DNA from: Octopus vulgaris
Lineage: Eukaryota
Length of the DNA: 64,000 bases
Reading direction: 5' to 3'
NCBI GenBank assembly: GCA_951406725.2
Contig: OX597816.1
Coordinates: 5,394,001 to 5,458,000, forward strand
Numbering within the stretch: the first letter of the stretch is position 1; the number at the start of each line of letters is the position of its first letter. Positions 12,671 through 25,697 of the stretch are shown here, piece by piece. A program made the position numbers and the translations under genes. A model generated the notes under the pieces. It was given only the letters and a program-made list of their open reading frames with translations. It was not told where the DNA came from and ran no database searches.

Positions 12671-14041
12671 TCTTTTTTCTTTCATTGCTTCTCAATGCAA
12701 ACATACACACACACACACACATATTTATATATAAAATATATAAGCTACTTTTGTTATCTGGAATCAAACCAGTGAAAAAGGATTTGATTCCAAGTCTCCT
12801 ACTTTCTTCAGACGTTGTAAATGCGGTTTTGAGCAGTAATAAGATTGAAACCGGCGGGTTGTATTTATTGATCGTAGCAGTTCTATTTGAAGATGAATAT
12901 TTTGGTACAAATAAAGAAATTTCATTAAAGCTTCCACGCCGTTTCGTTTCACATGAGAACAATTCTTGATTATGTATTCTATATAAATTTAGCAATTTGA
13001 GTAGGTTTTTTACTGATGAGATACTCTGAAAATGTAAATGAGATTGATTAGGTTCGACAAAATTAAGAAAATGACTGTTATTAAAGTTTACAACAGTGTG
13101 AACATTTCGAGGGCAAAATTGACCGTTCCTATAGCGCCGGGATTACATAATTACATAATTGCTTCTATGCAAATGTCGCCAGAAAGCGAGATTAAATTGA
13201 TTCGAGATAATAGACATGTATTATTTAAAGTGCACAGTACAGCAACGATTCGGCGTCAGAATCATTTGATTTACTGTCGAAATAATGATGGGTTTAAGAA
13301 GTAAATTGAACAAGTTAGATACGATGGAGATAATATGAGATTTCTTGCTAAGTGAAGACTGTCGATTGTTAGAATTGGCGGAATTATGGTATAGGGAAAT
13401 TGGGTTCTGTGGGATTTAAGATGATTAGCCAAATATATAGAATCATTAAATTAAGAACAGTTCTTGAAGAGAGAAAGAGAGGGAGGGAAAGGAAGAGAGA
13501 AACAAAGTCAGACAGACAGAAAAATTACTTACCATTACAATGTAAGTGTGATAATTATAGTATAAGATTATTTATAATGGGGAGATTGTAGAGAATCCTA
13601 CGATGGAAACTTAGAAGTGAAAGTTTTAGAATTTAAACAACTCTAAAGATTCGAAAATGGGATTTATTATTACTGTAAAAGAATCGGCGTAAATTCCATT
13701 TCTGTGACTAAAATTAATGGATCTCCATAAATGCAGCTAAGATTAAAACTTATTAATAAGGTCCGTTTTTTTTTTTCGTCTTTTTGGCTTTTTTTCCTTC
13801 GTGATGCAAAATCTAAACACTACATTTTAATATGTCCAAATAACTTGATTTATTCAGTGTAAAAAAATGTGACGAGTTTCAAGCCAGAAGTCAATGTAAT
13901 ATTCAACATTATATTTTCTAACTGTCGTATTTTTAACTTAATCTGTATTATATTGGAGGAAAGCACATGTCATTTGTACAAGAATATTTAAGAGTATAAA
14001 TGTGTGCGTGTATGTATATGTATGTATGTGTATATACATAT

Positions 14042-14086
<45 letters not shown>

Positions 14087-14742
14087 TATAAGCACATGCA
14101 CATACACACACAAATGCGTATGTATTTAAGTTTGTCTATATAACTACGCAGTTATTTATCGAAGAGGATTGCAATGTCACAGGAAAAGAGCGACATGTTA
14201 TTATAGAAGAGTGTACGAAGTGACGTGTTCTTCTTATAATATTATATTAAGCCATCTGTCACTAAAATATTCATTGCATGAGGTCAGCGGGGGTGGCAAA
14301 GAAGGAGTCGAACTGTTGTAGCATAGGAATGAATTGATTGAGATATTTATTCCGACTTTCTACCGAGGTATTTTAGCTTTTCATGGTTTTGTGGTCGATA
14401 AGAAGTACGGATCTAGGGTTGGGGATCTTCAGAATTGCTGGAGAATCGTGCTTTGCGTTCTCGACATTACATTCGGTCCAGAACTTTGGCCTTTCCTTAA
14501 GATAAACGTTATCCAGACCTACATATGCAGATGAAGGGTCAACATGGACAGAGAACGCCCCGGCAGCTCACTCATTCATTTAGGTCTTACAGCTAAAATT
14601 TACAACATTCTAGAGGATTTTACCCTCTACGTTAAGACATTTTAAAATATCAAACTTTATATATTTGATACTCTACCCGCCAAAAAGTCTACATTGCAAA
14701 GATCTGCTGGAAGAATTAACGGCCAAAAGCCACATTTTTAGG

Positions 14743-15095
14743 CTATTATTATTTTCTGTCTATCACAGGTTTTATTGGAGCTCCCGGGGTCTTGCATGCG
14801 TAGCGGATTTACTACCTGCAGCCTACGATACGACGCTACTCGTTCTTTTCAGCTAGCTAATACTTTCCTGATCATTCTGGCCGTGCCAAGGAAGCAAACC
14901 TTTTGTAACAGTTCTTCTGGGCACTCTAGTCCAATTACCTTAATATTCCTCTTGATGCCTTCTGATATTCTTCCTGAGGACCCAGCATTAATTGGCAATG
15001 TCTTCAGCTTCTTCGTTTTCCATAGCCGAGCTATTTCGTACTTAAAAGGATTGCATTTATCTATCTTTTCTATACCTTACATCCTTTCGGCATCG
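14743..15095 (-). mobile_element. R4/Dong-like LINE 3' end (RLE C-terminus, short (AAT) tail)
   Basis: EKIDKCNPFKYEIARLWKTKKLKTLPINAGSSG..ELLQKVCFLGTARMIRKVLAS*. Confidence 0.8.
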
Positions 15096-15443
15096 ATAAC
15101 ATAAGTACCAGTTGATCGTGGGGACTAATGCAATTAACCAGTCCCCTTCCCACCAAAACAAATCAGGACTAGTACCAGTAATTATTACAAAACGCTGCGA
15201 GCGAACACAATTGGATAAAATACATAGCAATACTTATTGCTTCCTGCTCTTTCGGTTCTGAGTTCAAATACAGCTGATATCAATTTTGTCTTTCATACTT
15301 TCGGGGTCGATAAAATAATTAACAGTCGAGCTCTGGGGACATTTTAATCGATTAGGTTCATCACACAGAATTTTAGGTCCCGTGCCTAAAACTGAAACTG
15401 AAATTAATATCATTATTATTATCATTATTATGTTACTCGTTAA

Positions 15444-15829
15444 GGCAGCGAGCTGGCTGGATCGTTAGCACGCCCGGCGAAATGCTTAGCGGTATTTCGT
15501 CTGCCGTTACATTCTGAGTTCAAATTCCGCTGAGGTGGACTTTGCCTTTCATCCTTTCGGGGTCGATAAAGTAAGTACTAGTTACGCACTGGGGTCGATA
15601 TAATCGACTTAATCCGTTTGTCTGTCCTTGTTTGTCATCTCTATGTTTAGCCCCTTGGGAGTAGTAAAGAAATAGGTATTTCGTCTGGGGAGACGTTCTG
15701 AGTTCAAATTCCACCAAGGTCGATTTTGCCTTTCATCCTTTCGGGGTCGATAAATTAAGTACCAGTTGCGTACTGGGGTTGATCTAATCGACTGACCCCT
15801 ACCTCCCCGAGAATTTCGAGCCTTGTGCC
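15444..15829 (+). mobile_element. SINE family B (older B fragments at about 15100-15390)
   Basis: Head, body unit and terminal unit. Confidence 0.85.
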
Positions 15830-15883
15830 ATATATTGATATCAGTTAACTATTTGATATACGCTGCAATATATCCTTCTATCT

Positions 15884-16064
15884 GTTTGTTTCAGTCATTA
15901 GACTGCGGCCATGCTGGGGCACCACCTCGAAGAATTTTAGCTGATTGGATTCATCCCAGTATTTCTATATTTTTAAGCCCGTTGCTTATTCTATCGCTGC
16001 GTTAAGTTACGGGAACGTAAACACACCAACACAGGCTGTCCAGTGGGGGTGCGGGACAAGCACA

Positions 16065-16131
<67 letters not shown>

Positions 16132-16450
16132 GGAGAATTCACTAAAAAACAAAAGACGAAAGCAGGTGGTGTAGACAACAAGCAGATGTATTAGTTTCAC
16201 GCTCGGGAAGTGAAAGAGTCTTTAACGTTTCGAGAGTACGCTCTTCCACAGAAAGGGACACAGAAAGAAACAATGAAAGAAACAAGGAGAGAAAATAATG
16301 TGTAATGGCTAACGACGGGCTTCTTTCAGGATCCGTCTACCAAATCCACACACAAGGCTTTGGTCCACCCAAGATTCCATGCAGTGGGACTGAACTCGGA
16401 ACTATGTGGTTTGAAAGCAAACTTCTTACCACATAGTCAATCCCGCGCCT
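15884..16450 (-). mobile_element. SINE family A split by an insertion in its internal microsatellite
   Basis: 3' part 15884-16070; 5' part about 16313-16450. Confidence 0.75.
16130..16312 (-). mobile_element. Penelope-like terminal remnant with hammerhead-like motif
   Basis: On minus: ctttCTGTGGAagagcgtactctcGAAACGTTAaag; homologous to 24073-24310. Confidence 0.6.
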
Positions 16451-16579
16451 CTATATTTATTTTATACAGGGTTCATTAACTTATAAAGCAATGCGTAAAT
16501 TATTACGGTTTTGCTATATCTCAGAGAAGGATCGAAATTACACTTCATGTAATATACATGGTTGTAGAGATCCTTTTAA

Positions 16580-17125
16580 AATTTAGATAAAACTGAGATA
16601 TGTTTCCACCAAAGATTGGTCCAGGCCTTGTCTAACTTAATAGACCACCTAATAGGATAATCTAAATCCTTTTTAAGTCAAGTTTTGTGGTATTATGGTC
16701 CATTCAAGTAGAGAGTTCTTGTTGAGTGAGTTGTGTCCAGGGATAGGTGGCTTATCTGGTATTCCTTGAAGAAATCTGTCCAGACTCCGTTGAAAGGTGA
16801 TGGGATCCTTTTTTTCTTTGATCAGTTTTGGGACAATGTTAAACAGGGCAGGGCCTGTTGAGGAAAAGAAATTGTGTCGCAGTGTACCTATATGTTGTGA
16901 TCCTGAATTGGGCAGGGGACGTATGGCCCGTGGTCCCACCCTTGGATGAATCTTGAAGCTAATGTTCAGGTCGTTTGGGCAATGCTGGTGGTATATTCTC
17001 CGCATCGTACAAATGATGTACCGTTAATGGCGGCGCTGGACAGAGAAGAGTTTCAGGGCTTTAAGGCAATCGCAGCAATCGAGATCAGTCATGCCCTTCA
17101 TTCGTTTAGTGAGTTCCCCCTGCGG
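16580..17125 (-). mobile_element. CR1-clade LINE 3' fragment
   Basis: LKALKLFSVQRR..RHNFFSSTGPALFNIVP..FQRSLDRFLQGIPDKP..NSLLEW, typical CR1-group ORF2 C-terminus. Confidence 0.8.
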
Positions 17126-17904
17126 TGATTTAAAATTAAATTCTAAAAAATCTCCTCCACACCAGTTGTACTTCTCTGGAGAATTTAAGTAAAATAGCAT
17201 AATTCGCTCAGTGAAATAAACAGATATTTAAGGCACTGAAACCAATTAACGATCAACTCCCATTTGATATTCACATCAGTTACGCTGCTGGTTAAATCTC
17301 TGACGAATGCCGTAGAGAAAAGTGAGTAGGCGTTGTAGTTAAAATTCGCTTTTAAGACCAGCATGAATCTCACAGAATCGTCTTTTTCTCTTCTTTAATA
17401 TATCTGTAGAGGGAGAGTCTTATGGCTAATCAAAAGAAAGCTTATTGTTCTGCTGGCAAATATTGCACTACTGAGACTAATTTTTTTCTTTCTTCTACTA
17501 AACACCCCGAATATTATTGTTTCACGTATTTCTTTTACGTTTGTTCCTTGATCTTTAAATATTGTAATATTACCAAATATTACTAAATATGGTAATATCT
17601 CCAAATATTGTATATATATTACCTACAAGATAAAAACGAAAGAAAAGCGAAAGAAACACGAAACTAGAATACCATTCAAGTGTAAAGACAAATTATGCTA
17701 TTAAACTTTATGTTGCCAAAACAACGTATATCAACAGATCTTATATTTCTCTCTCCCCCTCTCTCTCCCTCTCTCTCAATTTGTCTGTCTCTCTCTCTCT
17801 CAATCTCTCTCTCTTTCTTTCTGTTTCTCTCTGAAACATTATTGCATTGTATAGTACGATTGTATTTCCCTTGCTTATATCTACTTTGAATTAATATTCA
17901 CTAT

Positions 17905-18019
17905 AGGTTTGTCTGTGTGTGCTTGTGTGTATGTGTGTGTGCGTATACGCACACTCACACGCCCACACACACATATAAATATAATCTGCTATTGTGTGTG
18001 TGTGTGTGCTTCTATATAT

Positions 18020-18051
<32 letters not shown>

Positions 18052-18124
18052 CGTGTGTGTACATATAATACATATTCGTATATATATATATATGTATATA
18101 TATGTGTATATATATATATGTGTA

Positions 18125-18179
<55 letters not shown>

Positions 18180-18679
18180 GTGTGTGTGTATATATACATG
18201 TATATATATAATCTCTTATACGTATGCATGCGTGTGTGCTTGTATATGTATATACATGTCTATATAGTCATATATATAGATATAGATATATGTCTATGTG
18301 TATATGTATATGTCTCTGTATAGATATATATATGTGTGTGTGTGTGTGTTGTTTGTGTGTGTGTGTGAGCGCGTGTGTGTTTTAGTGTTCCTATGAGCAT
18401 CGTATTTTATGTATATGGGTATATCTTTCCAGTTAGATATTTGCTTTTATTGGAAAAAAAATTAAATAAAAGCCAAAACCATGTCCGTTGTACGTATTAC
18501 TAAAAGGACTTACAGTCAAATAACAATATATATTTATAAATGTATCTGAGTGCGTGGGGGGGGGGGGCGTAGAGGCTTCTCTCTCTCTCTATCTGTGTAC
18601 ATCAATAAATTTCGACTGTAAATAGTTTCAAATATATATGTGTATGTGTGTGTGTGTGTATAATATGCATGTGTCTATG

Positions 18680-18723
<44 letters not shown>

Positions 18724-18925
18724 TATACATATATATATGGAGAGAGAGAGAGATATTGACATACATAAATACATGTGTAAATATATATGTGTGTGTACAT
18801 ATATTTATATACATACATGCATACATACATACATATATGTGTGTGTATATATATGTGCGTATATATACACAGATTCATGTATAGAGATGAGTGTATGTGT
18901 ATATGCACGCAATTATGTGTGTGTT
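17905..18925. repeat. Extended compound (TA)/(TG) microsatellite region
   Basis: Direct reading. Confidence 0.9.
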
Positions 18926-19587
18926 TTTTCTCCTCTGACATTTTAATATCTTCGTAGATTTCAAGCCGGTCACTTGCAAAATGACAAGATATTTATACAT
19001 ATAGACGCAAAATATAATACATGTATTTATTAATGCAAGCATATTTATATTTGTACATATATATTTAGATATATATATATATTTGAAAGTGAACATAAGA
19101 TATAAAACGAGCGTATACATGGCTTTTATATTTTCTATCTAGAGGTGCCGGGTTTGTTTGATATTGTGCCCGCCCCCACTCCTATAACAAAATAGCGCAA
19201 ATCCAGATTAAAAGAGAAATGCCGCCATATTTGGATCGAAATTATATCGCCAATTTGTATTCTCTGAAGCTTGTCTATAATCTATTGGCAAATTATTGAA
19301 ATTAGAAAAAAAAAACAAAAGAAGAAAAATATATGCTATGTAAAATTAATCTGTAACTCATTGATCTAAATATGGTTAAGCTGTTTTCCTATGACGAAAG
19401 AATTGGACAGGCTGGCGGTTGCCTGGTGATGAAAAACAATAATTTTTGCGTAGAGAACAACCAAGAACGTAATTATATTTTTTTCATTTCTTAGGAAATC
19501 ATTGTTATTGCTGTTGTTGTTGTTGTTTTTATAGCCATATTTCGGATGAGTTGAAGCAGATCTATGATCAAAACCACCATTCAATTA

Positions 19588-20065
19588 CCAAGCATGGATG
19601 TGCGGTTAAGAAGCTCATATTGTAACCAAGAGGTCTTTGGTTCAGTCCAATAGCTCGGCACTTTGGACATCTGTCTGCAACTATGGCCCCGGGGAAGACC
19701 AATGAATTTGTTTGAAGGAAACTGGATGGAAGCACATCGTGTGTATGCATATGTGTGTGTTTATTTGGTGTATGTGTGTGCTTGTTGTGCCTGTGTGTGT
19801 TTGTGTGTGAGTATGCGTGTGCGTGTATTATGGGTATGCGAGTCTGTCTTCGTATTCATAGCCCCCCCACTACTGCTTGATAGCCGGTATTGGTTTATTT
19901 ATGGCCCCTTAACATAGCAGTTCGGCAAAATACACCAATAGTATATGTACCTAATTTAGAAAATAAGTAAAGGAGTGTTTGTGCTTGACAGACTCCCTTA
20001 ACCCGGTGCCCCGGCATGGCCGCATTCCATTGACTGATTTAAGTGAAAAATTAATTATAAAAGAT
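19588..20065 (+). mobile_element. Old diverged SINE family A
   Basis: Same module order as the young A copies. Confidence 0.7.
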
Positions 20066-20127
20066 AAGCTGTATTTATATATTCAGGAATTGCATAACGC
20101 GATAACATTATGCAATATCTCTTAAAA

Positions 20128-21082
20128 TAGCACTTCTCGACCGGGTTCGATATGGCCCTGAGGGTTCATATAAGACTTTTGGGGGTCCACACAGCAGAAT
20201 AGTAAATTGGGGGTCCACAATAGTATATTAAGGGCCCCTGAAAAAAATTTGCTTTAGATGTATGTAGTGGTGTGTATTGCAAGAAACAGCTGGGTTTCTT
20301 TCTCTAACATTTTACACAGTTCAACCCCCGACAAATTAATGTGTGAAAAACAAAATACGAATTTTGAAAGAAGTTTTAATTCTTGAGCATCAAATTACTA
20401 TGGGGCGGGGGCGGTCCACCAGAATAAAATAGTAATGAAAGGGGTCCATAGATAAGAAATAGTGGAGAACCCCTGCTTTGGATGTATGTACTTGTGTGTA
20501 TTGCAAGAAACACCTAGGTTTTTTTCCCAAACATTTTACACTACCGTCAGAAATTAATTAGCACCCTTGATTTGCTCTTCACTCAAGGTATGTGCTGTCA
20601 CCTAGTGGCCATATCTCGAACTATTGCTTTGTTGCGAGTTCACTGTTGCGCAGAACGATGACGTAACTTTGTTTGCAGAGCAGTTTGAGAGTCTACAGCC
20701 TTATGATGTTGACATAGCAGGGCAACAACAACTTGGAGTGCGGATGCAGACAAATCTTCCTTTGTTAATAGATATAGGTAGCGCCTCGCAAGGACCGAAA
20801 TCACACCATACTAAGTTTTCTCATCGCGTAAGACGTTTTGAACAGCTCATAGGTTAATTGATTTAACCTATTTAATGTAGAAATTTGAAAAGTGCTAATT
20901 AATTTCTGACGCAAGTGTACATGGCTCGAAGTACACAAGTTAATGTATGTAAAAAAAAATAGAAATGTTGAAAGAAGTTTCTATAAAAATAGCTTTTAAA
21001 TATGAAATGGCTATTGGATCCAACAGAAAAAAATGGTAACCAAAGAGTTCCATAGATAAAAAAAAATGGTTAAGAACCCCTG
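20128..21082. mobile_element. hAT-type MITE with duplicated terminal half
   Basis: Terminus ..AGAACCCCTG at 20474 and 21082; 20252-20474 repeated from 20475; related to 53570-54104. Confidence 0.65.
20539..20917. mobile_element. Tc1/mariner-type MITE
   Basis: TIRs CACTACCGTCAGAAATTAATTAGCAC / GTGCTAATTAATTTCTGACGCAAGTG with flanking TA dinucleotides. Confidence 0.85.
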
Positions 21083-21209
21083 TTTTAAACAGTAAAGTCT
21101 GTTGGGAGAGAGATTTAGCCTTTGTTTCTAGCTGGGTGCGTGATCATAGAGAGGGCTCTAGAAACAGTCACCAGTGGTATTAACTATTTTGTTGTTATAC
21201 ATGCTTAAC

Positions 21210-21323
21210 CCTTTTGATACCAAACCGACTGAAACCAACTCTGGCTCTGTAGTACAAATGTCTTGTTTTTATAAGTTCTGAATTAAAATCTTCCACTAAA
21301 CATTAGTCTCAATTTATGTTCCT
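21210..21323. mobile_element. piggyBac-type MITE, truncated
   Basis: TTAA then CCCTTT; matches the left part of the 32057 and 32303 elements. Confidence 0.7.
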
Positions 21324-21380
21324 ATATGTTTATATATGTTTGTGTGTGTTTATGTATATATATATATGAATATATATATA

Positions 21381-21441
<61 letters not shown>

Positions 21442-21882
21442 ATGTATGTATGTATGTATGTATGTATGTATGTATGTATGTATGTAGTACTACGGTAATA
21501 TTGGGGATTTTTTCGGGATGATGAAATAAGTACCTGTTGACTATTGTGGTCGATGTTATCGACTAAACCCCTTCCCTAGAATTGCTGGCATTGTGCCAAA
21601 ATTTGAAATCAATATTAGGTTAAAACTTCTTTTCAATAATTTCTCATTATGTTACAAATTACATATGATATGTTATTAAAGATCCAGCGATTAAATTGCT
21701 TCAGATTTTTTAATTCGTTGCTTTTAAATCGTTCTCACAGTTTGTGTCTTTAAATTAAACTACATCACAGCTTTTGTCGCACTTTTTCCATTTTGAAGCT
21801 GATTTAACATCTTAATTTTCATTTAAAGAGAAATCGACAGTTTTTGACATTTCAAACTTTTCTATTCTCGAAATTATTGAAC

Positions 21883-22016
21883 AGTGGCTGTGTGGTAAGT
21901 AGCTTGCTAATCAACCACATGGTTCCGGGTTCAGTCCTACTGCGTGGCACCTTATAGCTCGGGCCGAGCAAAGCCTTGTGAGTGGATTTGGTAGATGGAA
22001 ACTGAAAGAAGCCCGT

Positions 22017-22082
<66 letters not shown>

Positions 22083-22300
22083 GTGTGTGTGTGTGTGGAT
22101 CCGTGTTTATCCCCAGCACCTGACAACCGATGCTGGTGTGTTTACGTCCTCATAACTTAGCGGTTCAGCAAGAGACCGATAGAATAAGTATTACGCTTAC
22201 AAAGAATATGTCCTGGGGTCGATTTGCTCGACTAAAAAGGCGGTGCTCCAGCATGGCCGCAGTCAAACGACTTAAACAAGTGAAAGAATTAAAGAATAAA
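21883..22300 (+). mobile_element. SINE family A
   Basis: Near full-length. Confidence 0.85.
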
Positions 22301-22698
22301 AAATGTTTTAAAAAATAATTTTAACGGAATATTTTGTTTAGAGTGTGATCTACGTCGCGAGCGAAGATTAAAGTTTAATGGGAGTAAAAAAGAGAAAAAT
22401 ATAGCGAAATGGAAACGACGAATTTACAGCCGACGTACGACAGAAAAACAACAAATACTGATGAAGAAAACCCGTGCGAAACGTACACGACGTAGACGGA
22501 GAGAAAACTGTACACACACACACACGCACACACACATGCACACGCATCAATTGAATAAGTGACAAGGAAAGAGTATCACTAACACTGTGCTTCAGAAATA
22601 CATACATACATACATACATACGTACATACGTACATACATACGTGTGTGTGCTTATGAAACCGTGCTAAAGAAGCACTTTGTAAACTGAGGGACACCTT

Positions 22699-22879
22699 TG
22701 TGCATGTATGTGTGTATGTGTGTGTGTGTGCGTGTGCGTGCGTGTGTGCGTGTATGTGTGTGTGTGTGTGTATGTGTGTGTATGTGTGCATGTATGTGTG
22801 CGTATGTGTGTGTGTGCGTGTGTGTGTGTGCGTGTATGTGTGTGTGTATGTGTGTGTATGTGTGTGTGTGTGTGCGTGT

Positions 22880-22911
<32 letters not shown>

Positions 22912-22932
22912 GTGTGTGCGTGTATGTGTGTG

Positions 22933-22974
<42 letters not shown>

Positions 22975-22982
22975 TGTGTGTG

Positions 22983-23031
<49 letters not shown>

Positions 23032-23050
23032 GTGTGTGTGTGTGTGTGTG
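22699..23050. repeat. ~350-bp (TG)n microsatellite with TA/CG interruptions
   Basis: Direct reading. Confidence 0.95.
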
Positions 23051-24072
23051 CATATGTCTGTTACTAGTTGGAAATTAATTTTACAAAGAATTTATTTGAA
23101 CTCACTTCCTAAATAACTCCATCCTCGTCAAGTTCACCCTAAACCTGTCTTCCCCTGTCTACACTCCTCTAAAATCTGTGGACATTGCAAATGCCACTTT
23201 AGACACGTGGTGTTCCTTCCCTGAAATCCACGACTCTACGCAGAATTCAACGGAATCGTGTCATTCCATGAAAATAAAGTCAAATAAAATATTCATTTCA
23301 TTCAGAACAAAAAAAAAAAAAATAGGAAAAAAAATACAACAAAATAAAACATCAAAGAATTATAAATTCTTCTAATGTTTCCTTTCGTAATCAGTGGTAT
23401 CGATCTGTTTGAAATTTGTCTTATTAGCGTCTGACTAAAAGTTGGGAAGTGATGCCGTTGCAGCGATCATTTTTATAAAAGGTTAATCAAATCAATTCCG
23501 ATCGGTAAACGAGATCGAAGTGATTCCTGACTCGACTCTGCTGACCACAGGTCACCCATTATTCGATGGTGAAAAGGTGTGATGCTATGACATTCATATT
23601 TTCTCCAAGATTATCTTCAATGTACGTTAAACAAAATAAATACGGACTAAGCCAGATCGATAGCATAGGTAACGATTGATGAGTTAAGTACAGTAAATGA
23701 AGATGTAAGTTCCAAGCAAGCCGGGACATAATGTTGTTTCAGTTTCCAGTTGTAGTTAAGCCGCATCACTTAAATTCACACACATCATTAATAACTTCCT
23801 AAAAGATACCAATATCCCACAGTATCCCTTTACCTCTCCCACGACTTTTCTCTTTCATATTTTTTGTAATCAAAAGCAACCAATTAAAAAGCGAATTCAA
23901 AGTTCTGAGTCTAACGCTTCTCGTTTTTTTGTTAAATGCAATTTATTTCGCTAATGACGATACTAATCAACACCTTCTTTAAAAAAATAAGTGTGCAAGT
24001 GTGTGCGCGTATTTATATATGTGCACACACTCACACACACACATATTTACACATATATGTATGTATATATAT

Positions 24073-24310
24073 AGGGAGAGTTTACGAAAAAAACAAAAGA
24101 CGAAGACTGGTGGTATAGAAAACAAACAGATGTATTAGTATAATGCTTAGGAATGGAAAAAGTCTTTTACGTTTCGAGCCAACGCTCTTCTACAGAAAGG
24201 GGCAAAGAAAAAAAACAAGGAGATAAACAAGGAGAGAAAAAAAGGAGAGAAAAAATGAGAGAAACAAGGAAACAGAAACAATGTGTGTAGTGGCTACCGA
24301 TCTATCATGG
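24073..24310 (-). mobile_element. Penelope-like terminal remnant with hammerhead-like motif
   Basis: On minus: ctttCTGTAGAa-GAGC-gttg-GCTC-GAAACGTA-aaag (24161-24202); ends in (TA)n. Confidence 0.6.
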
Positions 24311-24367
24311 CGACTGATATATATATATATTTGATGTATGTATATATTTATGTAGATACAGATATTT

Positions 24368-24528
24368 CTACGATTGTCTTTTTTCAGTTTCCATCTTCCA
24401 GATCCATTCACATGACTATGGTCAGCCCAGGGCAATAGTAGAAGACACTTGTCCAATATGATACGCAGGGCTAGTAAACCTGGAGCCATGTAGTTGGGAA
24501 GCTGCTTAGCACGCAAAAATACCTGCAC
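24368..24528 (-). mobile_element. SINE family A, 5' half, diverged
   Basis: Head and CORE-like part. Confidence 0.6.
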
Positions 24529-24533
24529 CTTAT

Positions 24534-24572
<39 letters not shown>

Positions 24573-25538
24573 GAAAGAGAAAAAATGGAAAAAACGAGAT
24601 TTGTTTTACATGATTTAAGATTATATAAGAGCCATGATAATAAAGATGTTATACAATTTTGTACAAAATGAGGTTTTGGTCTTTCAACATGATTGAAGTG
24701 TTTCCCTACTAAAATATGTTCTACCTTACACACAAATGCATACACACACACACACACACACACATATACATATATTCCTCTCTTTTTTATAGTGAGGTAT
24801 GAGGGTAATATACTTGCTATTTCCAGTATGCTGAGTAACGACGCGCAGAATATCTTCATCTCTATATATTCTCAAAGTTGTTATTTCACCAGCAAATTGC
24901 AAAGTAGAAAACCAGTAATTATCTAATTAACTCAGCTAAACCTAAATGAGGTAGATTTTATTACCCGGAATTGATATACATATAAATTTATATTTAAAAA
25001 ATTGTCTGGTTACTACACAATAAATAATATTCGAAATTTATTTATGAAATAATTACAATTTTTAACAATCTATAATATGAAAAAACAAATGTTCACCGTG
25101 ACGAATTGTCGCGAGCAGAAATTACAAGAAAACATAATTTCCAGTATTTGTATAGCAAAATGAGATGATATCAAATATTCTTCTTTTATTACTAAAACGT
25201 CTGGTAATTATAGTTTAATAGTTGCACAACATTTTATAGTCCTCGTTGTTTCCACTCAATGTCTTTCTCAGAAAATTAAATGTTTGGAATATTTAACTTT
25301 TGGTTAAAACTGTTTTCTCAGGTTCAGCTTTAATTGCCTTTCTATTATATATGCATTTCTTTCCTTATATGGCGTATGGACATTAAATCATTAATTTCTG
25401 TCTGAACAATTTCTTCATTTTACAATAGAGAGCACAGATGATTTAAAGTTTACTGTCTACTTTATGCAAATATAAAATCCCCCCCCCCACGCAAACACAC
25501 ACATAGATGCATGTATTTTTGTATGTACCTTTGAATTT

Positions 25539-25697
25539 ATGGCTGTGTGGTAAGAAGTTTAATTCTCAACTACAAGGTTCCAGCATCTTTGGCAAGTACC
25601 TTTGATTATAGCCTCGGGACAACCAAAGCCTTGTGAGTGGATTTGGAGGACGGAAACTGAAAGAGGCACATCGGACATATATATATATATATATATA
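25539..25697 (+). mobile_element. SINE family A, 5' half
   Basis: Ends in its (TA)n, where a LINE fragment begins. Confidence 0.7.

Noticed and set aside
22458-22485. CTGATGA..GAAACGTA hammerhead-like spacing
   Set aside because: The intervening bases cannot form stem II and there is no clear stem I
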